Source: Octopus sinensis (Eukaryota). From it: a DNA stretch of 54,497 bases. Shown piece after piece: positions 51,096 to 54,497 of this stretch. The position numbers and the translations under genes were made by a program. The stretch is taken from the NCBI RefSeq assembly GCF_006345805.1, contig NW_021833824.1, positions 1-54,497 on the forward strand. Reading direction: 5' to 3'. Positions within the stretch are counted from its first letter, which is position 1. Each line of letters starts with the position of its first letter. The notes beneath the pieces are model-generated. The model had not been told where the DNA came from. It saw only the letters and a list, made by a program, of their open reading frames with translations, and searched no databases.

Positions 51096-51674
51096 CTACA
51101 CCTTTGTAATGGGTATTAGGAATATCAAAATGCGTTATGAATCTGGAAAAGTAATTGTGAGGTGAGCTATTACAGAATTTGCCGAAACAGAACATAAAAT
51201 TAGGAATAATTCTAACAAATAAAATATAGCATAGTGCAGAGAAAAGCGAACATGAAACAAGTTTAAGGTTCCATGTTGCTGAATGGTTCCAAATACATTA
51301 TGCAAGTATTTCCAACCGAATGTGGACATTAAGGCTTCACAGCAAAGCCTCACAGCATTTTAATGGTCGTGTATACCTTTCTATCTAGCGAATACAACGA
51401 GGAAAAGATGTGGAGGAATTTGTATCGTGATTGAGAAAGTAAACAATTGAGGAACAAATGAATACAGCGAGAAAAGGGCGTGCTTGTATTTCAAAGTGAC
51501 TGCTAAGAAAAGATTGAATCACATGATTTATAAAAATTGTTATCCTGGAAAAGAAGCAGTTAGTAAATATGATTTCGAATGTGTGTATATGTGTGTGTGC
51601 GCGCGCGTACGTCTGTGTGTGTGCGTGTATATATACATATATATATATAAACGACACGCATCTATTTCCAAATA

Positions 51675-51675
51675 C

Positions 51676-51762
<87 letters not shown>

Positions 51763-52580
51763 ATATATAATATAGATATAAATATAGATATAGATATGTA
51801 TAGATATGTATATATATTCACATATATTTACATATATATACATATATATACATATATATATTTACATATATATATATATACATATATATATACAGATATA
51901 TATATACATATATGTATATATATACATATATGTATATATATACATATATATATTTACATATATATATATATATATTTACATATATATATACATATATATA
52001 TATGTGTAATATATATATATAATATAGATATAAATATAGATATAAATATAGATATAAATATAGATATAAATATAGATATAAATATAGATATAGATATGTA
52101 TATATATTCACATATATTTACATATATATATATTACATATATATATTTACATATATATACACACATATATATACCTATATACATATATACACATATATAT
52201 GTGTGTACACACACACACACATATGTAAATATTTATACACATGCATATGGATATACTTGTATGTCTGTATGTTCGTATAAACAACGTAACATGGAATAAA
52301 AAAAGATTATAGGAATTTTCAAAGGAGCAAAGTTATTAGAATTTTCAAACCGACACAAACTAATTATAGAATATAGGATACATCAGCAACGAACCGCGAC
52401 AAACAATAACACAGCATTCACCCGAGGTAATACATATAACAACCAGATCGATCGATTTTATTCTCATCCACCCCCTCCAAAAAGACTGGATCATATGATC
52501 ATAATGCTTTGCAAAGAAACAGTAAATATGGCTAGGAAACGATAATAATAATAATAACAATAACAATGATTATGATGATG

Positions 52581-52625
<45 letters not shown>

Positions 52626-52669
52626 TAATATAATAATAATGATAGTAACAATATGAAGAAAGAAGGAAA

Positions 52670-52755
<86 letters not shown>

Positions 52756-52820
52756 TAATAATAATATGAAAAAGAATGATATGAAGAATAAGGAAAATAT
52801 CAATAATAATAATAATAATA

Positions 52821-52856
<36 letters not shown>

Positions 52857-53051
52857 TGAAGAAGAAAGAAGGAAAATAAAAATAATAACAATAATAATAA
52901 TAAAATAATAATGATAATAATAATAATAATAATAATATTAATTATAATAATAATAATATAATAATAATAATAGTATAATAATAATAACAATAATAATAAT
53001 AATAATAGTAATAATAATAATAATAATAATAATATGAAGAAGAAGAAGGAA

Positions 53052-53103
<52 letters not shown>

Positions 53104-53134
53104 TAATAATAATAATATGAAGAAGAAGAAGGAA

Positions 53135-53225
<91 letters not shown>

Positions 53226-53528
53226 TTGATAGTGATAAGGCAATTACATGGCATAAGATTATAGGAATTTTTCTAAAACAACAAAGAGGTGAAAAAACAA
53301 AAATCATGAGAATTTTCAATCGCAATACATAAAACTAAAATTCTAGGGGTCTTTTTTTGGTTTATTTTCCCTCCATATGTAGATAGATATAGCTACTGAT
53401 CACGAACATGTAACAATGACAATAAACATTTAAATATCAAAGCCTAAACAGTCAAGAAGAAAGAGGTAGAATTCAAGAATAAAATAGGATTTTGAAACAA
53501 AAAAAAAATTGTGGTGTTAGTAGTAGTA

Positions 53529-53568
<40 letters not shown>

Positions 53569-53995
53569 TGTTGTAGTAGTAGTTGAATTCACTCTAACAG
53601 AACAACGGTGTGTAAAACACAGATAGGAGGGAATTCACATCATCGTCATCATCATTGTCATAATTACTACTACTACTACTACTACCACCACCACACCGAC
53701 CACCACCCCACCACTACTACTACCACTAACACTACATATACCACACTACTACACACTACCACTACTACTACTACTACCTCTACTACCACCACTACCACTA
53801 CTACTACTACTACCTCTACTACCACTACTACTACCACTACTACTATTACCACTACTACTACTACTACTGCTACTACTACTACCACTACTACTACCACTAC
53901 TACTACCACTACTACTACCACTACTACTACTACCACTACCACTACTACTACCACTACTACTACCACTACCACTACTACTACTACTACTACTACTT
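51675..53995. repeat. TA-rich, (AAT)n, (TAG)n and (ACT/ACC)n microsatellite fields
   Basis: Direct reading; includes a 12-bp minisatellite (ATATAGATATAA)n at about 52022-52092. Confidence 0.9.
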
Positions 53996-54497
53996 CTGAG
54001 GTGGGTGAGCTGGCGGAATCGTTATCGCTTAGAAGAAAATGCTTAGCAGCGTTTCTTCGGGGTCTTTACGCTCTGATTTCAAAAGCTTTTCATCATTTCG
54101 GTGTCAATTAGTAAGCATCACATTCCTCGTAACAGTTTCTAGACACCCAATATTTCCGTGGACACCCTATGTAGTCCCTAGCATATCGAAGGACCGCATC
54201 AGATGTCGACTTCAAAGTGCTCCTCGGCTGCTATTTCTAGCATATCGAGAGGCGCCCTCCTCGGTTGCTATTTCTAGTTTATTTAGGTTTTTGTTGTTTT
54301 TTGTCGTCGTTGTTATTGTCGTTCTTTTGTTGTTTAACCGAGGTCAGTTCTGTTCTAGTTAACCTAGTATTGTTTTTGTTGTTGCTTTTGCCGTGATTTA
54401 ACTGATGGTCAACGATTAGTGCTGTTACTGTTGTGTTGTTGACCCACCAGATTTAATACTACACTTTCTGATGTTGTATCTGTCGTTGTTTAGAACA

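Overview
Eukaryotic, very repeat-rich, AT-rich intergenic or intronic DNA. The SINE families and microsatellite load suggest an octopus/cephalopod genome (inference, not verified). I found no convincing host gene: the ORF track is almost entirely microsatellite or SINE translations plus retro/DNA-transposon relics. The relics are a Penelope-like element (RT + GIY-YIG, inverted pseudo-LTR), RTE, Tx1/L1-like and Hero (RLE) LINE pieces, mariner, hAT and Helitron derivatives, and several tRNA-derived SINE families (my labels A-E). Two systems stand out. (1) Hammerhead-ribozyme (HHR) elements: a retrozyme-like array of 478-bp HHR monomers (46259-47487), foldback elements with a central HHR (2392-2860, 25083-25593) and further intact, variant or degenerate HHRs. 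(2) An apparently target-specific Tx1-related trio sharing one 3' tail: an ORF2 relic, an ORF1-only (HAL1-like) element, and SINE A variants. The latter two sit at fixed positions inside the SINE A head. All alignments and folds were done by eye; boundaries are approximate.
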